The notes under the pieces were generated by a model, which saw nothing but the letters and a program-made list of their open reading frames with translations, was not told where the DNA came from and ran no database searches. From an uncultured Planctomycetales bacterium (GTDB taxonomy: Bacteria > Omnitrophota > Gorgyraeia > Gygaellales > JAHJCI01), in assembly GCA_964592485.1 (NCBI GenBank), contig CAZQEY010000006.1:1-61555 (forward strand): a stretch of DNA of 61,555 nt, given 5' to 3'. The position numbers and the translations under genes were made by a program. This document shows, in pieces, positions 11,067 through 21,356 of the stretch. Within the stretch, counting starts at the first letter, position 1; each line of letters opens with the position of its first letter.

Positions 11067-11936
11067 CTAATATCTTATCCCATCCATTTTTGTCCGTTTA
11101 CGAAATTCCCGCATAATGAGTCTGGTAATCTTGCCTGGCTGTCCGCCGCCAATTACCCGGCCATCAACATAAACCACGGGCACCACCTCAGCCGCTGTGC
11201 CGGTTAAAAACGCCTCATCAGAGATATAAAGCTCATGGCGGGTTAACACATGTTCATGTGTAAGTATGGACAATTTCCGCGCAATATCTAAAACTGTATC
11301 GCGGGTAATCCCGCGTAATGTGCCCATACATTGCGGCGGAGTATAAAGCTGTTGATTCCTCACAATAAAAATATTATCTCCTGTACATTCGGCAATATAA
11401 CCTAATGAGTCGAGCATAATTGCCTCTTGATAGCCAGCATTGATTGCCTCAATCTTGGCAAGAATATTATTTAAATAATTCAGAGATTTTACCTGGGGAT
11501 TTAGTGCCTCAGGGTGATTGCGAATAGTGGGAACGGTAATAATCTTGAGGCCCTTTTTATAAAGACCTTCTGGATAAAGGGTAATCTTATCGGCAATAAT
11601 AATGATACTTGCATGACCGGCGCATTTGCGTGGGTCGAGTCCTAAATCACCTTCTCCCCGGGTTACCAACAAGCGAATATAGGCATTCCCCAGATGGTTT
11701 ATCTTGAGAGTCTTAATTACCGCCTTAATAACTCCCTCCTTGGAAAGAGGAATCTCAATCATTAAACTGTGCGCTGATTCAAAAAGCCGGTCAATATGCT
11801 CCTTTAACTTAAATACTAGGCGATTATAAGAACGAATTCCTTCAAATACACCGTCTCCATATAAAAGCCCGTGGTCAAAAACAGAAATCTTGGCATTCTC
11901 CCTGCTATAGAATTTGCCATTAATATAAACCTTCAT
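11067..11936 (-). CDS. ilvE: Branched-chain amino acid aminotransferase
   Basis: YGDGVFEGIR, KSLNY, GTLRGITR, FLTGTAAEVVP motifs. Confidence 0.94.
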   Translation of the reverse strand: MKVYINGKFYSRENAKISVFDHGLLYGDGVFEGIRSYNRLVFKLKEHIDRLFESAHSLMIEIPLSKEGVIKAVIKTLKINHLGNAYIRLLVTRGEGDLGLDPRKCAGHASIIIIADKITLYPEGLYKKGLKIITVPTIRNHPEALNPQVKSLNYLNNILAKIEAINAGYQEAIMLDSLGYIAECTGDNIFIVRNQQLYTPPQCMGTLRGITRDTVLDIARKLSILTHEHVLTRHELYISDEAFLTGTAAEVVPVVYVDGRVIGGGQPGKITRLIMREFRKRTKMDGIRY

Positions 11937-11971
11937 TAACCCTCCTTTTGTCGATATTATTCAAATATCCC

Positions 11972-12631
11972 TTATTGTAATAAGCCGTCACTTAAATGAT
12001 ACACCCTGTCAGCGACTTTGGCTAATTCTAAGTTATGAGTTACCAGTATCACGGTCATTTGGCGTCTCTGGTTTAGTTGCTTTACCAATTCGATTATCTG
12101 GCTGCCGGTGGCTGAATCCAGATTTCCGGTCGGCTCATCACAAAAGAGAAAATCTGGCTCATTAATCAAGGCCCGGGCAATTGCCAGACGCTGTTGCTCC
12201 CCCCCGGATAATTGATTGGGGAAATACGTCATTCTGTTTTTTAACCCGACAAGCTCAAGAAGCAGCCGGGCGTGCCCCCTGATATTGTTTTTCTTTTTTT
12301 TTATCAATCCGGGAAGTAAAGCATTCTCCAGAACATTCAATTCAGACAAAAGGTGATAGAACTGAAAAACGAAACCAATCCTTCTGTTCCTTAAATCAGC
12401 CAGTTCCTGGTCAGAGAGGGCATAAATCTCTTGACCGTCAAGAATAACTCTTCCCTCATTGGGAAAATCCAGACCGCCGAGAAGATGAATCAAGGTTGTC
12501 TTGCCTGCTCCGGAAGGACCAACGATAGCAATGAATCTTCCCTTTTCAATACTCAGCTCAATACCTTTTAAAACATGCAGCTTCTCTGGTCCATGATTAT
12601 AGATTTTATGTAAATTTTTGGCCTCTAACAC
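11972..12631 (-). CDS. lolD: Lipoprotein-releasing ABC transporter ATPase
   Basis: [23 protein letters not shown]; follows lolE. Confidence 0.85.
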   Translation of the reverse strand: MLEAKNLHKIYNHGPEKLHVLKGIELSIEKGRFIAIVGPSGAGKTTLIHLLGGLDFPNEGRVILDGQEIYALSDQELADLRNRRIGFVFQFYHLLSELNVLENALLPGLIKKKKNNIRGHARLLLELVGLKNRMTYFPNQLSGGEQQRLAIARALINEPDFLFCDEPTGNLDSATGSQIIELVKQLNQRRQMTVILVTHNLELAKVADRVYHLSDGLLQ

Positions 12632-12674
12632 GTCTTTCCTTCAACACAATAACGCTATAACCTGATAACGCTAA

Positions 12675-13856
12675 TTATTCGTATCTAAGCGCATCAACCG
12701 GCTTAAGTCTGCCGGCACGCAATGCCGGATAAATTGTTGATAAAACCGTAATTACTAATGCAGCAATGATTATCAAGGTTACATCTGGCCAGAGCGACAG
12801 AGACACAGGCAAGCGGTCAAGATAATAAATATCAGCTGGTAATTTTATAAACTGATACCTCTTAAGCAAGAAACAAAGTATCCATCCGAGGGCAATACCC
12901 AAACCGGTTCCAATAAAACCGATTGTCAGGCCTTCGTAGGTAAATATCTTGCGGATTCTCTCCCGCGACATTCCGACAGCCTTGAGTATCCCGATATCCT
13001 TGGTTTTTTGCACCACCATCACAATCAGGGTGCTGACGATATTAAAGGCAGCAACCAGGATAATCAAACACAGGATAATAAACATAGTAATCTTCTCCAA
13101 TTTCAAAGCAGCAAAGAAACTTTGATTTGCCTCCATCCAGGTTTTAATGCGGTAGGGATACCCGAGAAGACTTTCAATCTTTTCCTTTACTGCCGGCGCC
13201 CGGTCAAGGTTGTTTAATTTGATTGCTATTCCCGATACATTACGAATCCCGAGCATCTCCTTGACTTTATCAAGATGCAAAAAAATCAGCTCTGTATCAT
13301 ACTCATACATACCGGAACTGAATACACCCTTAACCGTTAGATTATGGATTTTTCGCGGAGATACCTGGAGGGATAAACTGCTATTCAAATCCAGGCCTAA
13401 TAATCTAGCCAGCTCTTTGCCTACAATTACGCCTTCAGAATCCAACTGCGAGAGCTCGCCTTCAATCAAATAATCCTCTATCTTGCCCACCTGAGCTATT
13501 GTCCCGGGGTCAATGCCTCTTATCTTAATGCCTAAGATTTTCTCGCCTCTATACAGGAGCGCCTGACCGTTAATAAAGGGACTGGCGCCTTGAATCTCAG
13601 GTATTGATTTAAGTTGATTAATAATTACGCCGGGATTCTCTATCCCTGAATCAGCGTTTATGGTAAGATGAGAAAAATTACCGATAATCTTGTCGCGCAG
13701 GTCCCGGCTGAAACCGCTCATCACAGCGGTTACAATCATTAAGGCCGCCACTCCTACAACCACGCCGAGAACGGCAATGATGCTAATCAGGCCGAGGAAC
13801 TTCTCTTTTCTTTTAGTTACCAAATACCGCCAGGCAATCCAATATTCTAGGTTCAT
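12675..13856 (-). CDS. lolE: Lipoprotein-releasing ABC transporter permease LolC/E
   Basis: IAWRYL, AVMSGF, KTKDIGILKAVG, YYLDRLP, YPALRA motifs. Confidence 0.88.
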   Translation of the reverse strand: MNLEYWIAWRYLVTKRKEKFLGLISIIAVLGVVVGVAALMIVTAVMSGFSRDLRDKIIGNFSHLTINADSGIENPGVIINQLKSIPEIQGASPFINGQALLYRGEKILGIKIRGIDPGTIAQVGKIEDYLIEGELSQLDSEGVIVGKELARLLGLDLNSSLSLQVSPRKIHNLTVKGVFSSGMYEYDTELIFLHLDKVKEMLGIRNVSGIAIKLNNLDRAPAVKEKIESLLGYPYRIKTWMEANQSFFAALKLEKITMFIILCLIILVAAFNIVSTLIVMVVQKTKDIGILKAVGMSRERIRKIFTYEGLTIGFIGTGLGIALGWILCFLLKRYQFIKLPADIYYLDRLPVSLSLWPDVTLIIIAALVITVLSTIYPALRAGRLKPVDALRYE

Positions 13857-13887
13857 TCTAGCCTCTCTACTCTATACTTACTACCTA

Positions 13888-15366
13888 TTACTTACTATCT
13901 GTGCCTTGAGGCTTAAGTAAAGGAAATAAAATCACATCGCGAATAGAAGCCTGGTCGCAAAATAACATCGCCAGGCGGTCAATACCGATACCCAAACCTC
14001 CGGCAGGAGGCATCCCATGCTCTAAAGCAACTAGAAAATCATCATCAAGAGTCTTGATTTCCTCAGCAGGCAAATCCCTCAACTCCTCTTGGAGGCGTGT
14101 TCTTTGCTCGAGAGGGTCATTTAGCTCAGAGTAAGCATTAGCAATTTCTAAACCGCCAATGAACAATTCGAATCTTTCCGAAAGCAAAGGGTTATCCTTT
14201 TTTCTTCGCGCCAAGGGACAGAGCTCAGTAAATAAATCGGTAACAAAAACCGGGCTATCCTGGCGAGGCTCAATCAAATCAGCGATTAGATTTACCACAA
14301 AGGAGCGAGAAATACGAGCCTCCTTAATAATTAATTGTTTGGTCTTGAGTTTCTCAATCCAGACCTCTAATTTATCCTGTGGCTCGATACCGAATCTCTC
14401 TTTCATCATTTGGGCAAAAGAAATCTCATTGAAATTGGTCAGGTTAATCCTTTTGCCCTGATAGACAATCTCTTCCTTGCCAAATAGGCTCTTGGCTAAA
14501 AAGCGAATCAGCTCTTCGGTCAATTTCATTACATCGCGATAATCAGCATAAGCAGTGTAAGACTCCAGCATCGTAAACTCAGGATTATGCCGGGTTGATA
14601 TCCCCTCATTACGGAAACTCCGGTTTATCTCGTAGACCTTCTCCAGCCCTCCGACAAGGAGTCTTTTAAGATATAACTCGGGAGCAATGCGAAGATAGAG
14701 CTCTAAGTTATATTCATTGTGATGCGTTTTAAATGGCCGGCCTCTGGCTCCGCCGGGAATAAACTGCATCATTGGCGTTTCCACCTCAAGATAGCCACGG
14801 CTGTCAAAAAATTCGCGGATTAATCTGATAATCTGGCTGCGCCGGAGAAATACACTCGCAACCTTCTCGTTAGCAATAAAATCTAAATAGCGCTGGCGGT
14901 AGCGCAGTTCAACATCCTTTAAGCCATGCCACTTCTCCGGTAAGGGCCTTATAGCTTTACAAAGTATTCTGTATTCTAAGACCTTCAGACTCGGCTCACC
15001 GCTGCGCGTAGTAAAAGTCTCTCCCTTTGCGGCAATAAAATCAGCAACCTCAATGTTCTCCAATATCTCAAATTTATCCTTACCCAAGATATCCTCTCGA
15101 AAATAAACTTGAATTTTACCGGTTGAATCTTTTAAATCACAAAAGACTGCCTTGCCATGCTGGCGTTTGGCCATAATCCTGCCGTAAACCTCTACGGATT
15201 TGCCTTCAGTGAAATTAGCCAGAACCTCAGAAATCAACTGGCGCCCGCACCAGCTGAGGGCTGGTCCGCCTTCGGCGGAAGCTGCCGCATCGTAAGGTTC
15301 AATCTGTTTATTCCTGAGCGAGTTTAACTTAGCTATCCTCTGAGCAATAAGTTCATTTAGTTCCAT
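13888..15366 (-). CDS. lysS: Lysyl-tRNA synthetase, class II
   Basis: KWHGLKDVELRYRQRYLD, LRIAPELYLKRL, FRNEG, HNPEFTMLE, GLGIGIDRL. Confidence 0.98.
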   Translation of the reverse strand: MELNELIAQRIAKLNSLRNKQIEPYDAAASAEGGPALSWCGRQLISEVLANFTEGKSVEVYGRIMAKRQHGKAVFCDLKDSTGKIQVYFREDILGKDKFEILENIEVADFIAAKGETFTTRSGEPSLKVLEYRILCKAIRPLPEKWHGLKDVELRYRQRYLDFIANEKVASVFLRRSQIIRLIREFFDSRGYLEVETPMMQFIPGGARGRPFKTHHNEYNLELYLRIAPELYLKRLLVGGLEKVYEINRSFRNEGISTRHNPEFTMLESYTAYADYRDVMKLTEELIRFLAKSLFGKEEIVYQGKRINLTNFNEISFAQMMKERFGIEPQDKLEVWIEKLKTKQLIIKEARISRSFVVNLIADLIEPRQDSPVFVTDLFTELCPLARRKKDNPLLSERFELFIGGLEIANAYSELNDPLEQRTRLQEELRDLPAEEIKTLDDDFLVALEHGMPPAGGLGIGIDRLAMLFCDQASIRDVILFPLLKPQGTDSK

Positions 15367-15374
15367 AAACCCTA

Positions 15375-15403
15375 ATTATATAAGAGAATTAACCCTCTGT
15401 CAA
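15375..15403 (-). promoter_or_regulatory. Consensus sigma70 promoter for lysS
   Basis: TTGACA-17 nt-TATAAT on the minus strand; ATG follows the -10 box after only 8 nt. Confidence 0.8.
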
Positions 15404-15546
15404 CCCCGCACCTTTGCCAAATTCATTCTTTTTAATTCTTTTTGAATGTCCAAAGGTGCGGGGTCAATTATTATCGGGGATGCCTCTTGGTTTGAATCCC
15501 GCACCTTCTTGCCCTAATCCTACGCTACTGCGTAGAAGGTGCGGGA
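15403..15546. repeat. Two adjacent CCCGCACC-armed inverted repeats
   Basis: ACCCCGCACCTTTG (15403-15416)/CAAAGGTGCGGGGT (15451-15464) and TCCCGCACCTTCT (15497-15509)/AGAAGGTGCGGGA (15534-15546); related copy at 59450-59503. Confidence 0.85.
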
Positions 15547-15959
15547 TGAATATCTGCCTTAAGAGTCAGCTTGATGACTGGATGGTCCTGTTGGTCAGTA
15601 TGAATATATACGAATTGCTTTTTTATGCCGGAATAACCCCGCGTGTTAAATTTGACCTGAATATCAACATCTCCTCCGGCAGGAATCTCTTTTTTCTTAA
15701 TCTCCGAGGTGGTGCAGCCGCAAGAAGTACGGACTCTTTTAATCAGCAAGTTAACCGGTGAGTCATTCTTTAATACAAATGTATGCTCAAGAATTTCTCC
15801 TTCAGAAACCTGGCCAAAATCCCAGAAATAAGGACCCTGCTCCTCTTCTATCTCTTCACTTTGCTCTTCACCTCGAGGAGAGTCAAATACATACCCAGAG
15901 GCTAATAAAAAAACCAAGAGAAATAAGATAAAGGTTCGCGCTCGCATGGATAACCTCAT
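15525..15959 (-). CDS. DUF1573 domain (Ig-like) exported protein
   Basis: Signal peptide, WDFGQV...HTFVLKN...TSCGCT...G.K...V.IHT pattern. Confidence 0.8.
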   Translation of the reverse strand: MRLSMRARTFILFLLVFLLASGYVFDSPRGEEQSEEIEEEQGPYFWDFGQVSEGEILEHTFVLKNDSPVNLLIKRVRTSCGCTTSEIKKKEIPAGGDVDIQVKFNTRGYSGIKKQFVYIHTDQQDHPVIKLTLKADIHPAPSTQ

Positions 15960-17125
15960 TGCCAGATTAAAAAAAGACCCAGACCTAAAAATAAAGTCAT
16001 CATCAGGATTTTAATTACCCCCATATGCCTCTGTGCAAATCTGCTGAACTGCCCAGAGGTTACTCCCCATAAGGCAAGCAGCATTATTATCCATAAAGGT
16101 AAAATGAACATTAAATTATAAAGCAGAAGATAAAATAAAGCCTCCAGCTTCAATGGCGTAGCCTTAAGCACAAAGACAATGGTAGGCAAATACACCTGAC
16201 CAGTGCAGACTGCTTCAAACAGAGAGACAAAAAAACCTACGATAAAAGCACTGAGGACTAATCTTAAGGGATGAACCTTTTTGTCCTCTCTGTCTTTATC
16301 CTGGCCTTTGCGATAATAAAGGCCGATTATCCGGTGAATTCTGTCCTTAAGCCCCTTGGGTAACTGTAACACCAGATCTTGTGCCTGACGCGTTTGACGG
16401 AATTTTATAAAATCATAAAAGGCAAGCCCAGCTAAAATAAAGCATAACAGAGCGCCTGCTATATAAAGCAATTTAACAGTAATCGGGTAGCCAGCTAATT
16501 TAAAAAGGAAATTGAATAGACCTAAGCCGATTAATACATAGGTTATAAATACTGCCAGGATAAAAGACAATCCTATGGTTAGAATCTGACGCTTGCCATA
16601 GCCCTGTAAGGTCAGAAAGGAGATAAAGAAGATAATTACCGTAAAGGCACAAGGGTTAACCCCGTCAATCAAACCGGCAAGAATTACTGCTAAGGGCGAG
16701 AAGAGCTTAAACCGGGAAACCAAATCAATGGATGATTTGGTCTTAGTCGAAGCATATCCCTTCTTGCTTAATGCCGTGTCAATATATATCTTTGAATATT
16801 TATTTATATCATCAAAACCTACCAGGAATTTACCGTCAATAAACATGGTCGGGGTTAAGTCCCTCTCGGGGTGCCACTCATATTTATCCCGCAGCTCCAG
16901 GAGTCTTACATAATTCTCTGGTTTATTAAAATCAAACTCCTGTATATTAATCTTTCCTCCATATTCTTTCTTAAGCCGGGGGATAACCTCACTATCCACC
17001 TTCTGGCAGGGGCGGCAATGGGCGGAAGTGAATAAAAGAATCTCAACGGGCCTCTCTGTCTGAGGAAACGCAGTAATGGAAAATAGAAGAAACAAGATTA
17101 GAATAATCGGGACTTTTATTCTCAT
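15956..17125 (-). CDS. Thioredoxin-like domain fused to a CcdA/DsbD-type membrane domain
   Basis: Signal peptide, CRPC, TM motifs GLIDGVNPCAF and FEAVCTGQVYLP. Confidence 0.8.
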   Translation of the reverse strand: MRIKVPIILILFLLFSITAFPQTERPVEILLFTSAHCRPCQKVDSEVIPRLKKEYGGKINIQEFDFNKPENYVRLLELRDKYEWHPERDLTPTMFIDGKFLVGFDDINKYSKIYIDTALSKKGYASTKTKSSIDLVSRFKLFSPLAVILAGLIDGVNPCAFTVIIFFISFLTLQGYGKRQILTIGLSFILAVFITYVLIGLGLFNFLFKLAGYPITVKLLYIAGALLCFILAGLAFYDFIKFRQTRQAQDLVLQLPKGLKDRIHRIIGLYYRKGQDKDREDKKVHPLRLVLSAFIVGFFVSLFEAVCTGQVYLPTIVFVLKATPLKLEALFYLLLYNLMFILPLWIIMLLALWGVTSGQFSRFAQRHMGVIKILMMTLFLGLGLFLIWQ

Positions 17126-17284
17126 TATTGAGATTTATTTTAATGTTCTTTTCTAAAATTGTAAAGGGTTTTCTGCGCCATCCCGCCCGGATATATGACA
17201 AAAAAGCCTTCCTCCTGGAAAGTAAGGTTTCATCAAGCTCCCCCTCCCTATCACCCTATTTTGGTTCTTCGCGGGGACATAAAT

Positions 17285-17319
17285 AAAAAGCCCTGCTTTG
17301 TAAATAAACAGGGCTTTTT
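17285..17319. terminator. Intrinsic terminator-like hairpin, potentially bidirectional
   Basis: AAAAAGCCCTG...CAGGGCTTTTT with A/T tracts on both sides. Confidence 0.65.
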
Positions 17320-17345
17320 TAATCAATTCCGTTTCTGCGACGAAC

Positions 17346-17385
17346 TATGATTCTACTTCAAGGGTACCCTTGAAGTAGAATCATA
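17346..17385. repeat. Perfect 40-bp spacerless palindrome
   Basis: TATGATTCTACTTCAAGGGT-ACCCTTGAAGTAGAATCATA. Confidence 0.92.
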
Positions 17386-17546
17386 AATTTCCTAACAGTT
17401 ACTCGGCTAAGTGTCTGGCGGTTGGGTGCAGACAGCCAGCCGAGCCAACACAGAGAAAATTCCACAAAAAATGGCGAAATTTAGTTCTAAATTGTAAACT
17501 GCTCTTTTACTATCACTAGGGGGACATTTTTGGTAATATTCTTGTA

Positions 17547-18227
17547 CTATTTACTCATTTGCGACTCCAACCATTTTACTGCTTTCTCGTAACTTTCTTC
17601 AGGTGCTGTAGTGTGACCCCCTTTAAACTCTATCCATTCGGTCTTCCAGCCAAGCCCCTTTAAAAAATTCCTATCGTTTTCCATATGGTGATAGTTATAA
17701 TCACTGGGGCTCGACAAAAAAACAGCAAGTTTATTACGCGCGTACAAATGCCTTTCTTTTTCTATGTAATTAGGATGGATACGGCCGCAGTTGCTTATAA
17801 CGGCCCAGGTCAAATCAGGATATGAAACCGAAAACATATGCGCAGCCATACCCCCGCCAGACATTCCCGATGTAATTACTCTCGATTTATCAATTGGATA
17901 TCTTGAATCAGACTGGCGCACTAATGTAGCCATGGTAGAAAAGGCAGGACCGGGGTCTATCCCATTCCTGAACTCCTTAGATGCCGCAATAATAAAACTG
18001 TGTTTTTCAGCAATATTTTTCCACAGGCCTATAAGGCCTTTAGCATTAGCGCCTGGGCAAAATCCAATAACCAACGGATATTTTCGTCCTTCATCTATAC
18101 TGCCTGGGATATAAAGAATATATTTATCGGTCTCGATGGTTTTAGCCTCACAGTCCTCAACATAGACCAGCATTGTAGCTGTAAATATCAACGCCAGAAT
18201 TAAAGAGATGAATCCTAAAGTTCTCAT
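17547..18227 (-). CDS. Exported alpha/beta-fold hydrolase/esterase
   Basis: Signal peptide, GMSGGG nucleophile elbow, FKGGH catalytic His. Confidence 0.75.
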   Translation of the reverse strand: MRTLGFISLILALIFTATMLVYVEDCEAKTIETDKYILYIPGSIDEGRKYPLVIGFCPGANAKGLIGLWKNIAEKHSFIIAASKEFRNGIDPGPAFSTMATLVRQSDSRYPIDKSRVITSGMSGGGMAAHMFSVSYPDLTWAVISNCGRIHPNYIEKERHLYARNKLAVFLSSPSDYNYHHMENDRNFLKGLGWKTEWIEFKGGHTTAPEESYEKAVKWLESQMSK

Positions 18228-18334
18228 GAGTAATCCTCCTGATAAAATATAAAGGGAACAACGGCCTTTTTACCATAAATTCCACTTACAGCCAGATATA
18301 ATTTAGTCCTGTCCAGAATATTCATGATTTCATC

Positions 18335-18745
18335 CTACCCTTTAGATACAATAACTTTAACTATTGCAATTGATAACCAGGTTAATCCCCAGTAACATGC
18401 ATATAACACGAGTATCACTTTAGCCCATCTTTTTTTCTTTATCGCACCCGTTCCTCCTATAAATAAAAATACAGGGGCTAAAATCACTGCCAAGCCAGCA
18501 AAGAATTTAATTCCGGGTAAAACTTGGTGCCCCAAAGCGTTTAAATACCAGAGAACTATAATTATGGGGTTTACTATAGTTACGGAAGTTATCCCCTCGA
18601 GTATATAGCTGAATCTACTAAATGCAACAAAGCCCAAATCAAAAATCATTCTACCAAATAAACAAAAATAATATAATGCCGCGGCAAGAATACAAAATAT
18701 GCCAACGCTTCTACTCAGAATATTCGTATTTTTGACCTCATGCAT
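18335..18745 (-). CDS. Hypothetical membrane protein
   Basis: 136-aa ORF with about 4 hydrophobic segments. Confidence 0.6.
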   Translation of the reverse strand: MHEVKNTNILSRSVGIFCILAAALYYFCLFGRMIFDLGFVAFSRFSYILEGITSVTIVNPIIIVLWYLNALGHQVLPGIKFFAGLAVILAPVFLFIGGTGAIKKKRWAKVILVLYACYWGLTWLSIAIVKVIVSKG

Positions 18746-18769
18746 ATCTCTTCCGCAATTAATATAAAT

Positions 18770-21109
18770 TTAGTTAATGTCGCTGGTATGATATAAGCGC
18801 ATATCCCAAGGATAAACATGCCATGGGCTATCGGGGTCATTAAGCAGCCGTTCGAACGCCTGCAGAAATATTAATTCTTCGTCCTTCGCCTTTCTATAAG
18901 ACCAGAATTCCCGCCCTATCATATAATTATTAGACAAATCATCCCAGGAGTCAAAGGTTTTCTGCATCTTAACTGCAACCGGTATAATTAATTGCCATGC
19001 TTCTTCTTCAGTTATATAGCCTGCAGTGTAGGCGTATCTACAGAGAAAAACATATCTAATATAATCCCATCCCATAATACTCTTGTCACCCAGTTCTTTA
19101 TAGTATTTTTTAACAACCAAGACTTTTCTGTCTCCATATCGCCTGATTAAATTTCTTTCATTTTCTCCCGACATCAAAGCGCAGGCAATCTCATTAAAAT
19201 CTGTTCGATGACCTCTTTGATCTAACCACTGTAATGTCGAATAGAAACTTTTGCTATCTGTTATCCCCCAGCTACTGGACAGCATGCGCTTAATAACCCG
19301 TATATTCTTTTCATTCATCTCCAGCGCGTTTAAAGAATCATGCTTATGCCAGTGCGCCTCCGTAAAGATAGAGGCAACAGCAATTGCCCATCCCTGAGAA
19401 GGAGACAAAAGCGAGAAATCCGGCTCTTTCATCAATCTAACTCCGGCTGCAAAATCAGGATGCATTTTATATTTGAGAAGCGTAAGTGCCCGAGGAAAAA
19501 TAATTACATTAAGTGAAGGCAATTCGCCAAATATGCGGAAATACTCCTTTGTTCTATAGAACCAATTTTTATCCTTTGCCATTACGTGCCAATAATCTAC
19601 TTGGAGTAAGCCTTTTAATCTGTATGAAAACTTGGGGTAACCAATATATTTTGTCTCCAGATTCATTATTTGTTTTAAAACATCGCTTGCCTTCTTATAT
19701 TCACCTAGAGTCAAAAAACAATAACCTACATACTGCCAGTAAACTCTCCAATCATCGGGTCTATATTTTAATATTTCCTTATAATGCCTCTCAGACTCAC
19801 CCTTGCCTTCTCCTCTATGGCAAACTTCAATAGCGAGCAAATGATAGAAAACATTGTCGGGTTCCAGCTCCAATCCCTTATTGATAAGGTCGAGCGCCCC
19901 CCGCGTCCAAAAACATTCCCAATAATAAATCTCGGCAAGTTTAAAATAATTGGAAGCGTTTTCCGGTTCCTCTTTTATTGCCTTTTTCAATTGAGCTATT
20001 CTCTCTTTTAAATCAAGCGGCAGCGGTATCAAGGCCGGAATTCTAGCTAAATAACACTGGAATATTCTTCTATCTTTAATACCGAAGGACCAGGGACTAT
20101 AATATGCTTCAAGCCTTTGTCTTCGGCTATCCGGTCCTACCAAAACTTGAGATTTCGTTATATCTATTCTCCAGAGCCCATTTGGGTCCCGCCTTAATAA
20201 AATGGGGCATTTGCGTTTTCCTTTAAACTCCACTACCGCTAAATCTCCTCTTTCCGTAATATAATAAGGGAACGCCTTTTGGAACCCACGGTAAGACATT
20301 TTTTGGTCCAAGGGTGATACAATATATTCTAGTCTCCGCATTTGGCTGCCCTCAAGCAAAATGTCCAGAAAAGGATAATTGATTCCTTCCTCGAGAGACT
20401 TAAGATAGCGCTTAAAAACAGTTTCAACGTCTTTATCTGCATTAAATTCACGTATCTTCTTCGCAGGTATTTGTTTTATTAAGCGGAGTTTGTTTTCCTT
20501 GCCATGGTAATACTCATCATCAATAATCCCTGCTCCTCCAGACAAATAAATCCATCCAATATCTTTATTTGAGACCGACGATATTAAATCATCTATAACG
20601 TCTTTATTATCGTAATAGAACTGTTCTGTTATTTTTAATTCCATCATAAGTAGTATGTCAAAAAATGCTTCGGCAAAAAGTCCGCTGGCATAAAAGGTTT
20701 TCGCCATCGGTTGTAACGAACTGCAAAAGGCATCTGTAAAAATACTCTCTAAGTTATAACTAACTTCTATTTTAAGAGTATGGGTATCTTCAACAAAGAG
20801 CACTAAAACCCCTTTGCCGTCCGTATGCTTACCAACCTGCCACTCATCAAACAAACCTGTTGCATACTGCTCAGGAGTCATATCCTTTGATATACCTTTA
20901 ACAAACACGGCTACAAATTCAATGCCGGTATTCCTTCTTGCGCTTAACAATACGGATACGACATCTTCATTTATCTCTATCAAATCGGTCTTATTATAAA
21001 AGTAAGGCATTGCTTTAGGTCTCTCAGGATATATTGACTTGTTATTTTCAGTATTGCCACAGCCAATAAAAAAACATAAGCAACAAATTAATATAATAAA
21101 CTTTTTCAT
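18770..21109 (-). CDS. Lipoprotein with TPM domain, TPR repeats and C-terminal DUF1266-like domain
   Basis: Lipobox FIGC; DEWQVGK..DGKGVLVLF...LKIEVSYNLE (TPM); NYFKLAEIY...LELEPDN (TPR); GWDYIRYVFLCRYAYTAGYITEEEAW...FDSWDDLSNNYMIGREFW (DUF1266-like). Confidence 0.75.
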   Translation of the reverse strand: MKKFIILICCLCFFIGCGNTENNKSIYPERPKAMPYFYNKTDLIEINEDVVSVLLSARRNTGIEFVAVFVKGISKDMTPEQYATGLFDEWQVGKHTDGKGVLVLFVEDTHTLKIEVSYNLESIFTDAFCSSLQPMAKTFYASGLFAEAFFDILLMMELKITEQFYYDNKDVIDDLISSVSNKDIGWIYLSGGAGIIDDEYYHGKENKLRLIKQIPAKKIREFNADKDVETVFKRYLKSLEEGINYPFLDILLEGSQMRRLEYIVSPLDQKMSYRGFQKAFPYYITERGDLAVVEFKGKRKCPILLRRDPNGLWRIDITKSQVLVGPDSRRQRLEAYYSPWSFGIKDRRIFQCYLARIPALIPLPLDLKERIAQLKKAIKEEPENASNYFKLAEIYYWECFWTRGALDLINKGLELEPDNVFYHLLAIEVCHRGEGKGESERHYKEILKYRPDDWRVYWQYVGYCFLTLGEYKKASDVLKQIMNLETKYIGYPKFSYRLKGLLQVDYWHVMAKDKNWFYRTKEYFRIFGELPSLNVIIFPRALTLLKYKMHPDFAAGVRLMKEPDFSLLSPSQGWAIAVASIFTEAHWHKHDSLNALEMNEKNIRVIKRMLSSSWGITDSKSFYSTLQWLDQRGHRTDFNEIACALMSGENERNLIRRYGDRKVLVVKKYYKELGDKSIMGWDYIRYVFLCRYAYTAGYITEEEAWQLIIPVAVKMQKTFDSWDDLSNNYMIGREFWSYRKAKDEELIFLQAFERLLNDPDSPWHVYPWDMRLYHTSDIN

Positions 21110-21138
21110 AACTATTTCTGATAAACGGTTTTTCCGTT

Positions 21139-21356
21139 TTAAAATTTCACCTCTACCGGATTATCAGCTTCTTCCGTTGACTCAAAGTAAGCTCTTTTTT
21201 TAAATTCGAACATTGAGGCAATTATATTACTCGGGAATATAGCTATTTTTGTATTGTATTCCCTAACGGCATAATTATACCTCTGCCGGGCAACATTTAT
21301 CCTGTTCTCAGCTCCTTCTATCTGGTCCTGAAGGACCATGAAATTAGAACTTGCTT
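21139..21356 (-). pseudogene. lemA: LemA family C-terminal fragment
   Basis: KASSNFMVLQDQIEGAENRINVARQRYNYAVREYN...FPSNIIA...PVEVKF; the N-terminal part is missing. Confidence 0.8.

Noticed and set aside
9510-11936. mcsA-mcsB-clpC without ctsR, with ilvE upstream instead
   Set aside because: ctsR-less arrangements are known outside Firmicutes; not distinctive
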